DNA from: a virus
Taxonomy: Duplodnaviria; Caudoviricetes
Length of the DNA: 64,000 nt
Strand: one strand, 5' to 3'
Virus record (IMG/VR): IMGVR_UViG_3300013800_000006
Location: 11,926 to 75,925 of that record
The stretch's first letter is position 1. Every line of letters begins with the position of its first letter. Under the pieces are notes generated by a model. The model was not told the DNA's origin. It was given only the letters and a program-made list of their open reading frames with translations, and searched no databases. Position numbers and translations under genes: made by a program. This document shows positions 27,520 through 37,110 of this stretch, in pieces.

Positions 27520-29376
27520 TTAGTGAGTGAGTAATTTAACTGATTTTGGCTCTCTCACTACCGTATATTGACCCGAAAATTGAGATGTGTCTAAGTTTCG
27601 ATGGTCAATTAAAAAAATCAAGCGGCCTGTAGTTAAAGCCCTATCTCTTAATGAAGATACTAAATCAGACACCCCACGTTGACTCAAAAATTGAGAAGGT
27701 TCATCAAATATTTCCATACCAGGAGACATGCCAAAACATGTCAAAATTAAATCTGCCATACCCAAAGCACCCGCTAATCGTAATCTTTGAGTTTCTCCAC
27801 CGCTCCAAGCTTCCCATGGCACTGGAGATGTTACTGTGGGTGCATGAATCATAACCGTAAAACTTTTTTTAGTTTTTCCAGTCTTAGTAGTAGCTTCACT
27901 TGCAAATTCTATCTTCCAACCATGCAATCCAAACTGGTATAGATAGTTATTCACTTCTAATTCCAATTGAGCCAGCACATCATTAATCAACATCAATTTT
28001 ACTTCTTTAAAACCGGCAATCCAAAACCGTGTATGTTCTACTTGACTTTGCAATTCCACTATTTTTCCTTGGAATTGGATAATTTTCTTACTTAATTCCT
28101 TTTTATCTAACTCTAACTTCGCTTTTTGGTCAATAAATGGATTCGGTTTCGTTTGCCACTGAGTCAAATCACGATTAAATCGACTAATTTGGTCTTTATT
28201 AGACAACAAACTATGTTTGATCACCGAAATATCACGAGTAACTACTGAAAGTTCACTTTTTATACCTTCAACTACATTTTGAGTCTCTATAACATCATTT
28301 GCTCTTATATCCGCTTCCGCTTTAACATGCTGATATTGTAATTTTAATCCATCTAATGCCTTTGAAATATCACCTAAGCGTGTCGTATGTCGTTGTTGTT
28401 CCGTTTTTAAGTGCAGTCCATCAATAACCTGCTTACAAACGGTACAAATATCACCTAATTTACTCAAACGAGTCAGCTCTTGTTGAATGGAAGCTGCTTC
28501 AGATGATAAAGATGTTGATTGACTACTCAACTTCACCATTTCAGCCGCAATTTCCGCTTGTAAATTCTTAAACTCACTAAAAATGGCAGAAGCTTCAGTT
28601 AAAGATGCTTGTAATTCAGCCTCTTTAGTGACTAGTTTTCGTCCTTTAAGCTGAAATTCGGCTTTTTTGTTGTCTAAATCCCTAAGATTTAGCTTAATTA
28701 AGTCAATTTCATCTTGTCTGGATTGTTCCCACTCATCAATTTTAAGCTCTGTTTGCTCAATCACACCCATAATAGCCGAAACTCGACCTTTAATTTCAGC
28801 CGACTGCTGCAATTTTTTATTAATTTCTTGTTCAATAGCCTCTACTTTACGTTTAGCAGCACCACTCGCTTGATCCCACACTTCCAATGGGAGAACACTT
28901 TCCATTATCTCAGCTTTTTCTGATGGTTTTAAATCAAAAAACATCGAAGTAAATTGTGCAAAGACGACAGAAAAGCAAAAAGCATCATAATCTAAGCCCA
29001 ACTGTTGATTAATCTCAGTTTGGACAGTCACTTGGAATGGCTTTTGATCAATCGAAAGTTGTAAAGAGTTAGGATTTTGAGTTCGGCGGATGCAATAGGT
29101 TTTATCTTTAACCCGAAATGTAAATTCGACTTTACAAGATTTAGCAGACCAATTAACAATGTCACTAGCTTTCAACCCGCGTGGGGTTTTTCCATACAAA
29201 CACCATACCGGAGCATCACAAAACAATGTAGATTTACCACACGCATTCCCTTCTAATTCTGGATGAGCATCATTCCGACCTGCAACAAAATACAACCCTT
29301 GTTCTTTTGGAAACTCAAATTCAAAGTAAGGAAACGTTTTAAAGTTTTCTACTCGTAACGAAATAGGCTGTAACAT
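27520..29376 (-). CDS. SbcC/Rad50-like (gp46-like) recombination ATPase
   Basis: Walker A GNACGKS, long coiled coil with CTVC hook, WSGGE signature, IFDEP Walker B. Confidence 0.88.
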   Translation of the reverse strand: MLQPISLRVENFKTFPYFEFEFPKEQGLYFVAGRNDAHPELEGNACGKSTLFCDAPVWCLYGKTPRGLKASDIVNWSAKSCKVEFTFRVKDKTYCIRRTQNPNSLQLSIDQKPFQVTVQTEINQQLGLDYDAFCFSVVFAQFTSMFFDLKPSEKAEIMESVLPLEVWDQASGAAKRKVEAIEQEINKKLQQSAEIKGRVSAIMGVIEQTELKIDEWEQSRQDEIDLIKLNLRDLDNKKAEFQLKGRKLVTKEAELQASLTEASAIFSEFKNLQAEIAAEMVKLSSQSTSLSSEAASIQQELTRLSKLGDICTVCKQVIDGLHLKTEQQRHTTRLGDISKALDGLKLQYQHVKAEADIRANDVIETQNVVEGIKSELSVVTRDISVIKHSLLSNKDQISRFNRDLTQWQTKPNPFIDQKAKLELDKKELSKKIIQFQGKIVELQSQVEHTRFWIAGFKEVKLMLINDVLAQLELEVNNYLYQFGLHGWKIEFASEATTKTGKTKKSFTVMIHAPTVTSPVPWEAWSGGETQRLRLAGALGMADLILTCFGMSPGMEIFDEPSQFLSQRGVSDLVSSLRDRALTTGRLIFLIDHRNLDTSQFSGQYTVVREPKSVKLLTH

Positions 29377-29691
29377 TTACCATTTCCCTTCTGGGCAGTT
29401 AGAAGCACGTAGCTTGAGTTTACTGGCTAAAGGACAACCGCATTGACTGCATTTACGGAATTTAATACTCAAAGGATACATTGACCCTTCAACATTAAAT
29501 TCACAAGCATCACAAATTTCTCGCCGCTGCTTGACCAACTCATCATGAGGCATAGCGAGTCTAGCCAAACGCAAAGGTGGTTCTGGTTTTACAACAGGTG
29601 ACGGAGGTGACTCAGCAACTTGAATTGGTAATTGAGCTTGTGCTGCTTGAAACCTGGATAAAATTTTAAAATTCACGGCAGTACTCCACAC
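29377..29691 (-). CDS. Small Cys-rich hypothetical protein
   Basis: CDAC...CSQCGC...CPEGKW. Confidence 0.55.
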   Translation of the reverse strand: MWSTAVNFKILSRFQAAQAQLPIQVAESPPSPVVKPEPPLRLARLAMPHDELVKQRREICDACEFNVEGSMYPLSIKFRKCSQCGCPLASKLKLRASNCPEGKW

Positions 29692-30695
29692 AATTGAGTC
29701 AACATAGAATTACATAGTCCTTTAACATCATCCCCACTTAAATCACCAGGGTCCGATACATGAGATGGACAGTTCCAATCGACAACTGAATCCAGCCCAG
29801 TCCAATCCATTTGAGATACAAAAGAACACTGATCTACAAATTCATCACGATCAAACATGACAACAATTCGATCAAATAAATTCGTGAGTTCACCTAAACA
29901 ACCTAATTGATTATGAGTTGCTTTCTTATTAAATAAACATGTAGCTCTTATACCTAACGAAGCTCCATAAAAATCCATTTTCATAGCATCAAATGGACCT
30001 TCATTCACAACAAGTAATCGACCTCCTTTAAATAACTGGGGTTCATTAAACAAACACTCTTTAATACTCATTAACGCTCCACGAGTATGATCTAAACTCA
30101 AATAGCGTAAATGGGTATCTTTATGAATACTCCTACCCGTCCAATTCACTAATCGATTGGCAACATAGTTAGGAATCACAATACGATCTTTAAATTGACC
30201 ACTAATCGCATAATGAAGATTATAACGATAAGCTAATCGACTCACACTTCGCTGACTATAACCACGTTCCATTAAGTATTGAACGAATCGAAAACTCCTG
30301 CGTAATTCAACATCTAATGGAATAATATCATCAGGAAATTCCAGTAATGGTGTAGTAGGAGCTGTGTCATTGGCTTGAAATGAAACAGCATCAAATGCCG
30401 TTTCTTCTATCCAAATGGGCTTCTGACCCAACAGTTGACACGCTTCATAATAATTACACTGCGCTAACACCATAATCAATTTATGGAGTGTCTTACCCGA
30501 ATGATGTCGTTTATTACGCCAACAACTAAATCGCATGTTATCTTCATCAATACCTAAATGGTAGCTAGGATCTGGAGAACTCGTTTTTGCACAAAAAGGA
30601 CAGTTAATATTAATCTCACCCCGTTTTACATTCACACCTTTTGTAATATAAGGAATATGATGAGAATGTAAAAAAGATAAAACATTAAATTTCAT
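29673..30695 (-). CDS. DNA primase (Zn finger plus TOPRIM)
   Basis: NCPFC...HLG...SCW zinc finger; VNEGPFDA, MFDRD and DPGD TOPRIM motifs. Start placed at ATG 30695. Confidence 0.8.
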   Translation of the reverse strand: MKFNVLSFLHSHHIPYITKGVNVKRGEININCPFCAKTSSPDPSYHLGIDEDNMRFSCWRNKRHHSGKTLHKLIMVLAQCNYYEACQLLGQKPIWIEETAFDAVSFQANDTAPTTPLLEFPDDIIPLDVELRRSFRFVQYLMERGYSQRSVSRLAYRYNLHYAISGQFKDRIVIPNYVANRLVNWTGRSIHKDTHLRYLSLDHTRGALMSIKECLFNEPQLFKGGRLLVVNEGPFDAMKMDFYGASLGIRATCLFNKKATHNQLGCLGELTNLFDRIVVMFDRDEFVDQCSFVSQMDWTGLDSVVDWNCPSHVSDPGDLSGDDVKGLCNSMLTQLCGVLP

Positions 30696-31197
30696 CTTCG
30701 TCACTATCCTCTTCATTATTTTTAAAGCCATTCCGCAATGCAACAATGACTTCAATAAACAATCCTGATGGAATATACCCTGGGAATGCTTGATCCACCA
30801 ATCCCGGCACCGACTTCGCTTGCCGAATGAAAGAACCTAAGGATATGGGGATTTGACGCAACTGGAGAAATTGGATTAATAACTGACCAAACAAATTAAA
30901 CAGTAATGAGATGTCATTCCGTTGTAATACTGGACTGAAACCACGACACCAATCGAGCAAATAATCCAAAGCACGGATAATATCTCGTTGTGTTTCAGGT
31001 TGCAAAGCCCCTAAATGGGGAGGGACTTTCACATGGAGAGATAAACAATAAATAAAACTTTTGTAAGCGAGTTCAAGATCAACTGGAAACCGTTTAAGTG
31101 ACTGTCGATCCATCAATGCCAATGTAAGTCGGTGTAATTCCAAAAGTTGTTCAGGACTGAGTAACCCAACATGATATTTAATGTTCTCAAAATCCAT
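30685..31197 (-). CDS. Hypothetical protein
   Basis: 170 aa in the replication operon. Confidence 0.55.
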   Translation of the reverse strand: MDFENIKYHVGLLSPEQLLELHRLTLALMDRQSLKRFPVDLELAYKSFIYCLSLHVKVPPHLGALQPETQRDIIRALDYLLDWCRGFSPVLQRNDISLLFNLFGQLLIQFLQLRQIPISLGSFIRQAKSVPGLVDQAFPGYIPSGLFIEVIVALRNGFKNNEEDSDEDEI

Positions 31198-31231
31198 TGT
31201 ATCGTCCTAATGATGTGCTAACTACTTATAC

Positions 31232-31711
31232 CTACTTTTTGAGCACATAAAAGTCCACGGGTTCCATGTTTTTGGTAACAGGGTATAAATATTGGATAGG
31301 ATTACAATGATATTTGATTTTAATGGAGATTAAACAAGCACCCGGAAACGCTTGATCCGGCACAATAAACTGTAAATCTGATTGAGTTTGATGGCCTAAA
31401 AGCCGATTAAAACCACCTAAAAACACATGAACCGTATGCTTCCCGCATTCACCAGTCAACTTCCCTACAGCTTCCATAGGACAAGTTCGATATTGATAAT
31501 AGCGAACTTGAATACTCGCCGTCTCTCCTGGTGCATACCCTGTTTGCGTCATCGCAACATCCGCAAACTCGAATGGTGAATCTCGATCTAATAACCACAA
31601 TGTGACCCGCACCAATCCATAAATGGCGAGTATCCCATAAATAGAGTAAAAAAACAAAAGGGTTGGGTACTGCACTTTCTTCCAAAGTGTTTTGAGCATA
31701 GATGATTTCAC
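31232..31711 (-). CDS. Membrane-anchored hypothetical protein
   Basis: N-terminal hydrophobic helix followed by a beta-rich domain with four Cys. Confidence 0.55.
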   Translation of the reverse strand: MKSSMLKTLWKKVQYPTLLFFYSIYGILAIYGLVRVTLWLLDRDSPFEFADVAMTQTGYAPGETASIQVRYYQYRTCPMEAVGKLTGECGKHTVHVFLGGFNRLLGHQTQSDLQFIVPDQAFPGACLISIKIKYHCNPIQYLYPVTKNMEPVDFYVLKK

Positions 31712-32130
31712 TTAAAGAAAGCACTCAGCAATTCAGTGGCTCCAATGATCGTGCCAATGGCCGTAAACAACCCAGCAACGGCCACCAACAATCGTTTTAA
31801 GAAACTACTGGCTGCAAAAAAGTTCTTAATTGATTCCAGAGTAGGCTGAAACTGTTTATGATCTTTACTCAGAGCTTGTACAGTCTGATTCAAATCATAC
31901 ATCGCCATCGTCATCTCATGATTCATCTTCCCTAAATCCATAGCCACCCCACGAAGTTCGGATGACATCTCCTTCATCTCACCTTCAGTCTTATGTTCTA
32001 ATTCTTGCATCCGCTGCTCTAACAGAAACAACCGATCTGCAAAAATTCCATCAATTTGACGAACGGAGTGAGTCAAATCTACTCTGGGTTCTACCTTCCG
32101 TAAACTCCGAGGCTCTTCTGATTCAGCCAT
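31708..32130 (-). CDS. Coiled-coil protein with C-terminal transmembrane helix
   Basis: Heptad-like central region followed by LLVAVAGLFTAIGTIIG. Confidence 0.6.
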   Translation of the reverse strand: MAESEEPRSLRKVEPRVDLTHSVRQIDGIFADRLFLLEQRMQELEHKTEGEMKEMSSELRGVAMDLGKMNHEMTMAMYDLNQTVQALSKDHKQFQPTLESIKNFFAASSFLKRLLVAVAGLFTAIGTIIGATELLSAFFK

Positions 32131-32230
32131 TTTCGCCTCACGCTATACAAGGAATCATTAAAACTCATGATTCCTGGTATAGGAATCATGAGTTTACTCC
32201 TGATATTTTGCCATAAAATCAATCCTAATG

Positions 32231-32644
32231 TCAACGATAATCCAAATAATCTGGGTTGACCACGCTTTTCCCAACAGCCTTCCCCCACGCCAACAATTGA
32301 CCTTCATCGTATCGCACCGGGGGGTTGCGACCTCCACCCAATACCTGTTTAGGTAATCCTAACTTCCTCACCCAGTGATAGACGGTCATCGTGGTAATAT
32401 CAAACATTCGACACACTTGCCGAATCGTTAAAAGTGTCCCGTTATGACAGTCTCGCCATTGACTATCATCTACCTCCATAAACTCAACCCGGTTATGAAC
32501 CGTTTTCTTCACCTTAGTAGCGAGCACTGCCGCAAGGGGAGGTGCCTTTTCAAAATCCTGATCCTCTAATATCCTCTGCTCCACCCGGATCGGAGCGGCT
32601 GGCTTCTGATTCAAAATCTGTCTCAAATCACGTCTAATCATCAT
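32231..32644 (-). CDS. Excisionase/MerR-like HTH DNA-binding protein
   Basis: LLTIRQVCRMFDITTMTVYHWVRK...VRYD. Start placed at the ATGA overlap with the queE stop. Confidence 0.7.
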   Translation of the reverse strand: MMIRRDLRQILNQKPAAPIRVEQRILEDQDFEKAPPLAAVLATKVKKTVHNRVEFMEVDDSQWRDCHNGTLLTIRQVCRMFDITTMTVYHWVRKLGLPKQVLGGGRNPPVRYDEGQLLAWGKAVGKSVVNPDYLDYR

Positions 32645-33267
32645 GGCACCTGAATATATTTGTGTACTTGAATATTGAGTCGGTATCCAAACGTCTGACA
32701 ACTATGAATAGCCGCTTTTAAGTTTTCTGCGTAATGATCATCCCAGCAAGGTCCTACCCAAATGTTAGAGTTACGTGGCTTCGCCACACCTACGGGCAAC
32801 CCATCGGTATCGACCTTATCTGCTTCTAATACATATTTCCAACAAAAAGCCTTCTCCGAAATAATGGGTTGGACTTTCCCCGTTTTAGGTGAACATACAA
32901 TCATACACCGTTCTAAGAATGGAATAATTTGAGGATGACACACGGCACCACTGGTTTCTATCTGAATCTTCCAATTAAATCCAAGAGTGTTGATCAACTG
33001 ACCCACTTGTCCTTGACGTAACGGTTCCCCTCCCGTAATGACCAATAACCGATGACTCAACGCTTGTAAGTGTTCCACCAATTCGTCACAGTCAACCCGG
33101 TCCCCCGATGCGTACTCCGTATCACAAAATCCACAACGCAGTACACAACCGCTCAATCGAAGAAATACAGCCGGGTATCCGGTTAGTGGACCTTCTCCCT
33201 GAATGGTCTCAAATAAAGAATTGACAATCAGACCGTCTTCCATCCCCACAATCGGTTGATTATTCAT
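32641..33267 (-). CDS. queE: 7-carboxy-7-deazaguanine synthase QueE (radical SAM)
   Basis: TIQGEG...VFLRLSGCVLRCGFCDT (CxxxCxxC), ITGGEP, IETSG, SPK and QVHKY motifs. Confidence 0.9.
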   Translation of the reverse strand: MNNQPIVGMEDGLIVNSLFETIQGEGPLTGYPAVFLRLSGCVLRCGFCDTEYASGDRVDCDELVEHLQALSHRLLVITGGEPLRQGQVGQLINTLGFNWKIQIETSGAVCHPQIIPFLERCMIVCSPKTGKVQPIISEKAFCWKYVLEADKVDTDGLPVGVAKPRNSNIWVGPCWDDHYAENLKAAIHSCQTFGYRLNIQVHKYIQVP

Positions 33268-33767
33268 ATTGAGACCTCTGCAGAACTACTCTCAGTTTCT
33301 TCCCAGCGTACAGCCACACAAAATAGCCCACTCGGCAACCAGCCGTTCAGCCAAGTCATTAGGCAGATGCTCAAGTTTTCAGAGGTCGGTTCATTGTCCA
33401 TCAATACGAGTCCATCTATCACTTCAGCGAATGCTCCGTCTTGTTCAGTTTCAAATAGTTCAAATGGTCCCACCAGTTTTGATGTGTATGGGGCTTGTTT
33501 GAGGAGTAAAGGCACTAATGGATCATGCCGGTCTAAGATCATTTTATGATCTAGTAATTCCAAGCAGGTTTTAAAGCGTTTGAGATGATTAAAATCTAAT
33601 ACCATTCCATTGACAAGTGACCCGGAACAGCCTACAGAAATGGCAATACGCCCACTGTGTCCGTGTAAATGCCGACACTGGCACGGGGGCACTTGCTGAT
33701 TCCACAAGCGATGCCCGTATACTAGATTAAATACTTTGGTGATAGATAACATCAATGAAAACTCCAT
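33264..33767 (-). CDS. queD: 6-carboxytetrahydropterin synthase QueD
   Basis: GHRL...CRHLHGHS, MVLDF, DHKMI, PTSEN and WEET motifs. Confidence 0.9.
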   Translation of the reverse strand: MEFSLMLSITKVFNLVYGHRLWNQQVPPCQCRHLHGHSGRIAISVGCSGSLVNGMVLDFNHLKRFKTCLELLDHKMILDRHDPLVPLLLKQAPYTSKLVGPFELFETEQDGAFAEVIDGLVLMDNEPTSENLSICLMTWLNGWLPSGLFCVAVRWEETESSSAEVSI

Positions 33768-33931
33768 GGGTGGAAGTCGTTAGTTTATAATATGTAAAAT
33801 GGGGTGTCAAGCAAGGCGTTAGTAGAAATATTATAAAAATCTTGGAAATGGAAATGGTGAAATAAAAGAGGCCATGACGCCTGCGGCGTCATTCTACCAC
33901 TCGGTTTAACGGTTGAAGCGAGTACCCCGTG

Positions 33932-34139
33932 TTTGATTTTATGAGAAGTATAGTGATTATAAAGTTAAAGTTATGGAAGGCGTAGTAGGTGGAAATGAAA
34001 ATGAAAATGGCACCATTTATTTTAAATCAAACTCAAAATCGAAATCAAACTCAAAATGGAATCCGGCTCTAGTATTAAGTATTTGATTTTATGGGAATTA
34101 TAGTGATTATAAAGTTATGGTTATGGAAGGCGTGGTGAG
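33932..34139 (+). repeat. Imperfect ~57-bp direct repeat (33932-33988 and 34082-34139)
   Basis: TTTGATTTTATG.GAA.TATAGTGATTATAAAGTTA..GTTATGGAAGGCGT.GT occurs twice. A short tandem AATCAAACTCAAAAT repeat lies between the copies. Confidence 0.8.
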
Positions 34140-34559
34140 TTGAGATTGGGAGGAGGGTTTGCAGTATTACTAACCGTTAGTGTCAGCGATGTTTGAAAAA
34201 CGTCACCCAGCCGTACCCATACAGTGCATTATTCGATGATCATCGAAGCATGTGATTGATTTTTAAAGTAAATTAATCAAACAACATGTGACAATCTTTG
34301 TCACTGTAACAATAACGATACATAAAATATTATTCATTAGTACAATCAATCACTTATGTCATTACATAAATATCCGTGTTATGTAATTACACTATTTAAT
34401 ACGATATGAATTAATGAATTAAAAAACTTTTTAAATTAATTACTCAATAACAACAAACACTTAGCTTAATATTGTGGTTGCTTAGGTTAAGCAATGGTAA
34501 GCTTGGCACTAACACTGCATTATCATACGCAACGCAACACAAGTTAAACTGAAAAGGGG

Positions 34560-34694
34560 ATGGCATTGAAAGCTGCAATCGTGTTCTGTATTTTAGTTAT
34601 TACAAGCGTATATGCGATGGATTGTTTTAAAGATATGATGGTTGGCATTGTTGACCACCATCATCAACAAATTGAACTGGCAAGCAACCAGTAA
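34560..34694 (+). CDS. Small 44-aa membrane/secreted peptide
   Basis: Below the ORF-track cutoff. MALKAAIVFCILVITSVYAMDCFKD..., RBS AAAGGGG, stop abuts the next gene. Confidence 0.45.
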   Translation: MALKAAIVFCILVITSVYAMDCFKDMMVGIVDHHHQQIELASNQ

Positions 34695-34696
34695 AG

Positions 34697-35020
34697 GTGA
34701 CGACAATGAAACTTAACATAGTGAGTATCTCAAGGCAGTATAATCAGGCGATAACCTTACCGGCTAAAGAGGTTCGTTATGTCCGAGGGTTGCTTCCGTT
34801 AGGGAAAATAGTAGCTTCCCGGCAGGGCTATATCGGTAATACCATGAATGGCTGGAGTGCGTTTGAGGTTATTGTTAAAGATAAAAACGGGTTGTGGGTT
34901 TGTTACCCACAACCAACACAAATAGGTGATTATGCATCATATCGCCTGTTGAGTGACTCACCAGAATTTGTCAAGAAAACAGCAAGTAATTTGCTTACAA
35001 TAAGTAAGCAAATTAGATAG
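34697..35020 (+). CDS. Hypothetical protein (cassette 1)
   Basis: 107 aa, ends immediately before repeat copy 1. Confidence 0.6.
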   Translation: MTTMKLNIVSISRQYNQAITLPAKEVRYVRGLLPLGKIVASRQGYIGNTMNGWSAFEVIVKDKNGLWVCYPQPTQIGDYASYRLLSDSPEFVKKTASNLLTISKQIR

Positions 35021-35026
35021 TAGACA

Positions 35027-35104
35027 AGCCATGGGTGGCTTACCCTATTAGTGCTTATTCTAAGCACTAATAGGAGCGTACTAGAGTCCGCTTAGTAGAC
35101 TCTA
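35027..35104 (+). repeat. Three-hairpin intergenic element, copy 1
   Basis: AGCC-ATGGGT-GGCT; CCTATTAGTGCTTA-TTC-TAAGCACTAATAGG; TAGAGTC-CGCTTAGTA-GACTCTA. Confidence 0.9.
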
Positions 35105-35117
35105 AACAAACTGGGAG

Positions 35118-35543
35118 TTGAAGAACATGAGCATGAAACTATACGCATTGTGTCAAAATTCTTACACATTCGGACAGACTGGTGTTGGTTGCCATGTGGC
35201 GACCAGCGACGAGGAAATCGTGGCATCGGCGACGCTGTGGGATAACAATAGGATATGGGAGGTTTACGAGGAAAAAGAGAAGTTCATGCGTGTGCTTCAA
35301 CCCACCCTGCACGTACTGGCTGGTACTCAATGGGTTGCCATGCCCATTGAGCCTACCGTCCATGGGTTCGACGGGATGGTAAAAATCCTACGGGATAGGA
35401 CGCCATCGCAGGCATACATTCAAGCCGGTGAAGGCGTGCGGTTTGTGTTCAGTGATACCGTACCAGTGTTGGCAAAGGGTCATACTGACTATGACCCGGC
35501 AAACCTTAACCACCAGCGCGCCCTATTAGGAGGTAAGGCTTGA
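35118..35543 (+). CDS. Hypothetical protein (cassette 2)
   Basis: 141 aa flanked by repeat copies 1 and 2, with an SD GGGAG. Confidence 0.65.
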   Translation: MKNMSMKLYALCQNSYTFGQTGVGCHVATSDEEIVASATLWDNNRIWEVYEEKEKFMRVLQPTLHVLAGTQWVAMPIEPTVHGFDGMVKILRDRTPSQAYIQAGEGVRFVFSDTVPVLAKGHTDYDPANLNHQRALLGGKA

Positions 35544-35548
35544 TCTAC

Positions 35549-35627
35549 AGCCATGGATGGCTTACCCTATTAGTGCTTATTCTAAGCACTAATAGGAGCG
35601 TATCGAGTACCCGCTTAGTAGGTACTC
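35549..35627 (+). repeat. Three-hairpin intergenic element, copy 2
   Basis: AGCC-ATGGAT-GGCT; same 14-bp stem as copy 1; GAGTACC-CGCTTAGTA-GGTACTC. Confidence 0.9.
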
Positions 35628-35640
35628 TCAATAAAGTGGA

Positions 35641-36414
35641 GTGAATACGATGAATGCTAATCAAAAAGCCGCTGTTACTATGATGCTTTCCATCATGGCG
35701 GAAGGGACTTGCCAAGAGTTTGGCAAATATAGTAAGGATAGTGTCGAGTACTTCACCGCCAAGCTAGAACAAGTGCAATCAGGCAGGATAGGACATGGTG
35801 GAAACCCCCACGGGTATTTCATCATCGGGTTGTCCCCTAGTAGCAAGCGTGGACAGGAAAATGCCGCCCGTCAATTCCGCTTTGCCTTGAGCAAGGGAAT
35901 GACTAACAAAGCGCACCTTGCTTGCCGTGGCTTGGGTGACACCGGCACCGAGTCAGCAATCAATGCTGGTGCGTTCTTCAGCTATCCAAAACAGAATAGC
36001 CGTCTTGGCGACACGGCCATGCGCCGAGTCGCGCATGGCATCGCATCCGATGCCCGGAAGGGAGAAGATGTAGGACGGAAAACCAGTGCACTATTTCTCG
36101 CGCTAACAGACGCGGACGCTGCGGAAGCGGCACTAGCTTTTATCCGTAAGGGTGCGGAAAAAATCCGCACGGCGCTAAATATTGAGCATGACACGTGGTT
36201 GGATCAACTCATAGAGTCCATCCCCCAAATGGGGGAACAGGAAACACAAGACGAAAACTTGAATCACTGGATCAATGGTATCTTAGCAGAGCTGCCAGAC
36301 ATCAAACCCGATGATGAACGGATGCTCGTCGAATCCGTTAAGCGGGTATCTGCTAAAAAGAACCCCAAACCCGTCAAAAGTAAGCTAACCTTGGAGAAAA
36401 CTAAGGCAGCATAA
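35641..36414 (+). CDS. Hypothetical protein (cassette 3)
   Basis: 257 aa flanked by copies 2 and 3. Confidence 0.65.
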   Translation: MNTMNANQKAAVTMMLSIMAEGTCQEFGKYSKDSVEYFTAKLEQVQSGRIGHGGNPHGYFIIGLSPSSKRGQENAARQFRFALSKGMTNKAHLACRGLGDTGTESAINAGAFFSYPKQNSRLGDTAMRRVAHGIASDARKGEDVGRKTSALFLALTDADAAEAALAFIRKGAEKIRTALNIEHDTWLDQLIESIPQMGEQETQDENLNHWINGILAELPDIKPDDERMLVESVKRVSAKKNPKPVKSKLTLEKTKAA

Positions 36415-36421
36415 TAGAACA

Positions 36422-36499
36422 AGCCATGGATGGCTTACCTATTAATGCTTAACATAAGCACTAATAGGAGCGTATCGAGTACCCGCTTAGTAGGTACTC
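36422..36499 (+). repeat. Three-hairpin intergenic element, copy 3
   Basis: AGCC-ATGGAT-GGCT; CCTATTAATGCTTA-ACA-TAAGCACTAATAGG; GAGTACC-CGCTTAGTA-GGTACTC. Confidence 0.9.
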
Positions 36500-36521
36500 T
36501 CATGGTTAGGAGTTTAAGATT

Positions 36522-36800
36522 ATGTTTTACTATTTTTATGTAGAACAAGAAGACAAACGTATTGCCTTTTGCGTATCTGAGACGGAACTTGATGTTGGTT
36601 ATATAGTACCACTGGACAAAGAAATAATAATTGCCCAAGGGAATCTACCTGATTCTAATGAATACCTCATTAAGTCAAAATGCTTTAAAAAAACATTAGA
36701 GCTAGCATGTCAGCTAGCGGGTTACTCACTAGAGCCTTATAATATAACCCCATTAGAGTATGTGAGCACAGAAGAATTTGTCTATTGGTTTAACTCTTAA
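36522..36800 (+). CDS. Hypothetical protein (cassette 4)
   Basis: 92 aa, SD AGGAG. Confidence 0.6.
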   Translation: MFYYFYVEQEDKRIAFCVSETELDVGYIVPLDKEIIIAQGNLPDSNEYLIKSKCFKKTLELACQLAGYSLEPYNITPLEYVSTEEFVYWFNS

Positions 36801-36807
36801 TAGAATT

Positions 36808-36884
36808 AGCCATGGACGGCTTACCCTATAATTGCTTAGATTAAGCAATTATAGGAGCGTACTAGAGTCCGCTTAGTAGACTCT
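36808..36884 (+). repeat. Three-hairpin intergenic element, copy 4
   Basis: AGCC-ATGGAC-GGCT; CCTATAATTGCTTA-GAT-TAAGCAATTATAGG; AGAGTC-CGCTTAGTA-GACTCT. Confidence 0.9.
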
Positions 36885-36908
36885 TACCAAAAACGGGAGT
36901 TTAAAAAC

Positions 36909-37103
36909 ATGTTACAAATTGATCCAACTCGCCATTATCCTACATTTTTAGTGATCGTAAAGGATTATTTTGACCACATTCAAGTCAAAGAGTCTAATAA
37001 GTATTTTACAAACGAGAAGCAGGCTAGAAACTATGCACAAAATAATACGCGGTTCCTGCGTGCTGGTACATACTCAAAGGGACAAGTGCATGTATTAGGT
37101 TAA
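36909..37103 (+). CDS. Hypothetical protein (cassette 5)
   Basis: 64 aa, SD GGGAG. Confidence 0.6.
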   Translation: MLQIDPTRHYPTFLVIVKDYFDHIQVKESNKYFTNEKQARNYAQNNTRFLRAGTYSKGQVHVLG

Positions 37104-37110
37104 TCTACCA

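Noticed and set aside
35080-35120. preQ1-I riboswitch (tempting because of queD/queE and an A-rich tail)
   Set aside because: The loop lacks the conserved ligand-pairing C at its 3' end, and the A-rich tail is not conserved across copies.
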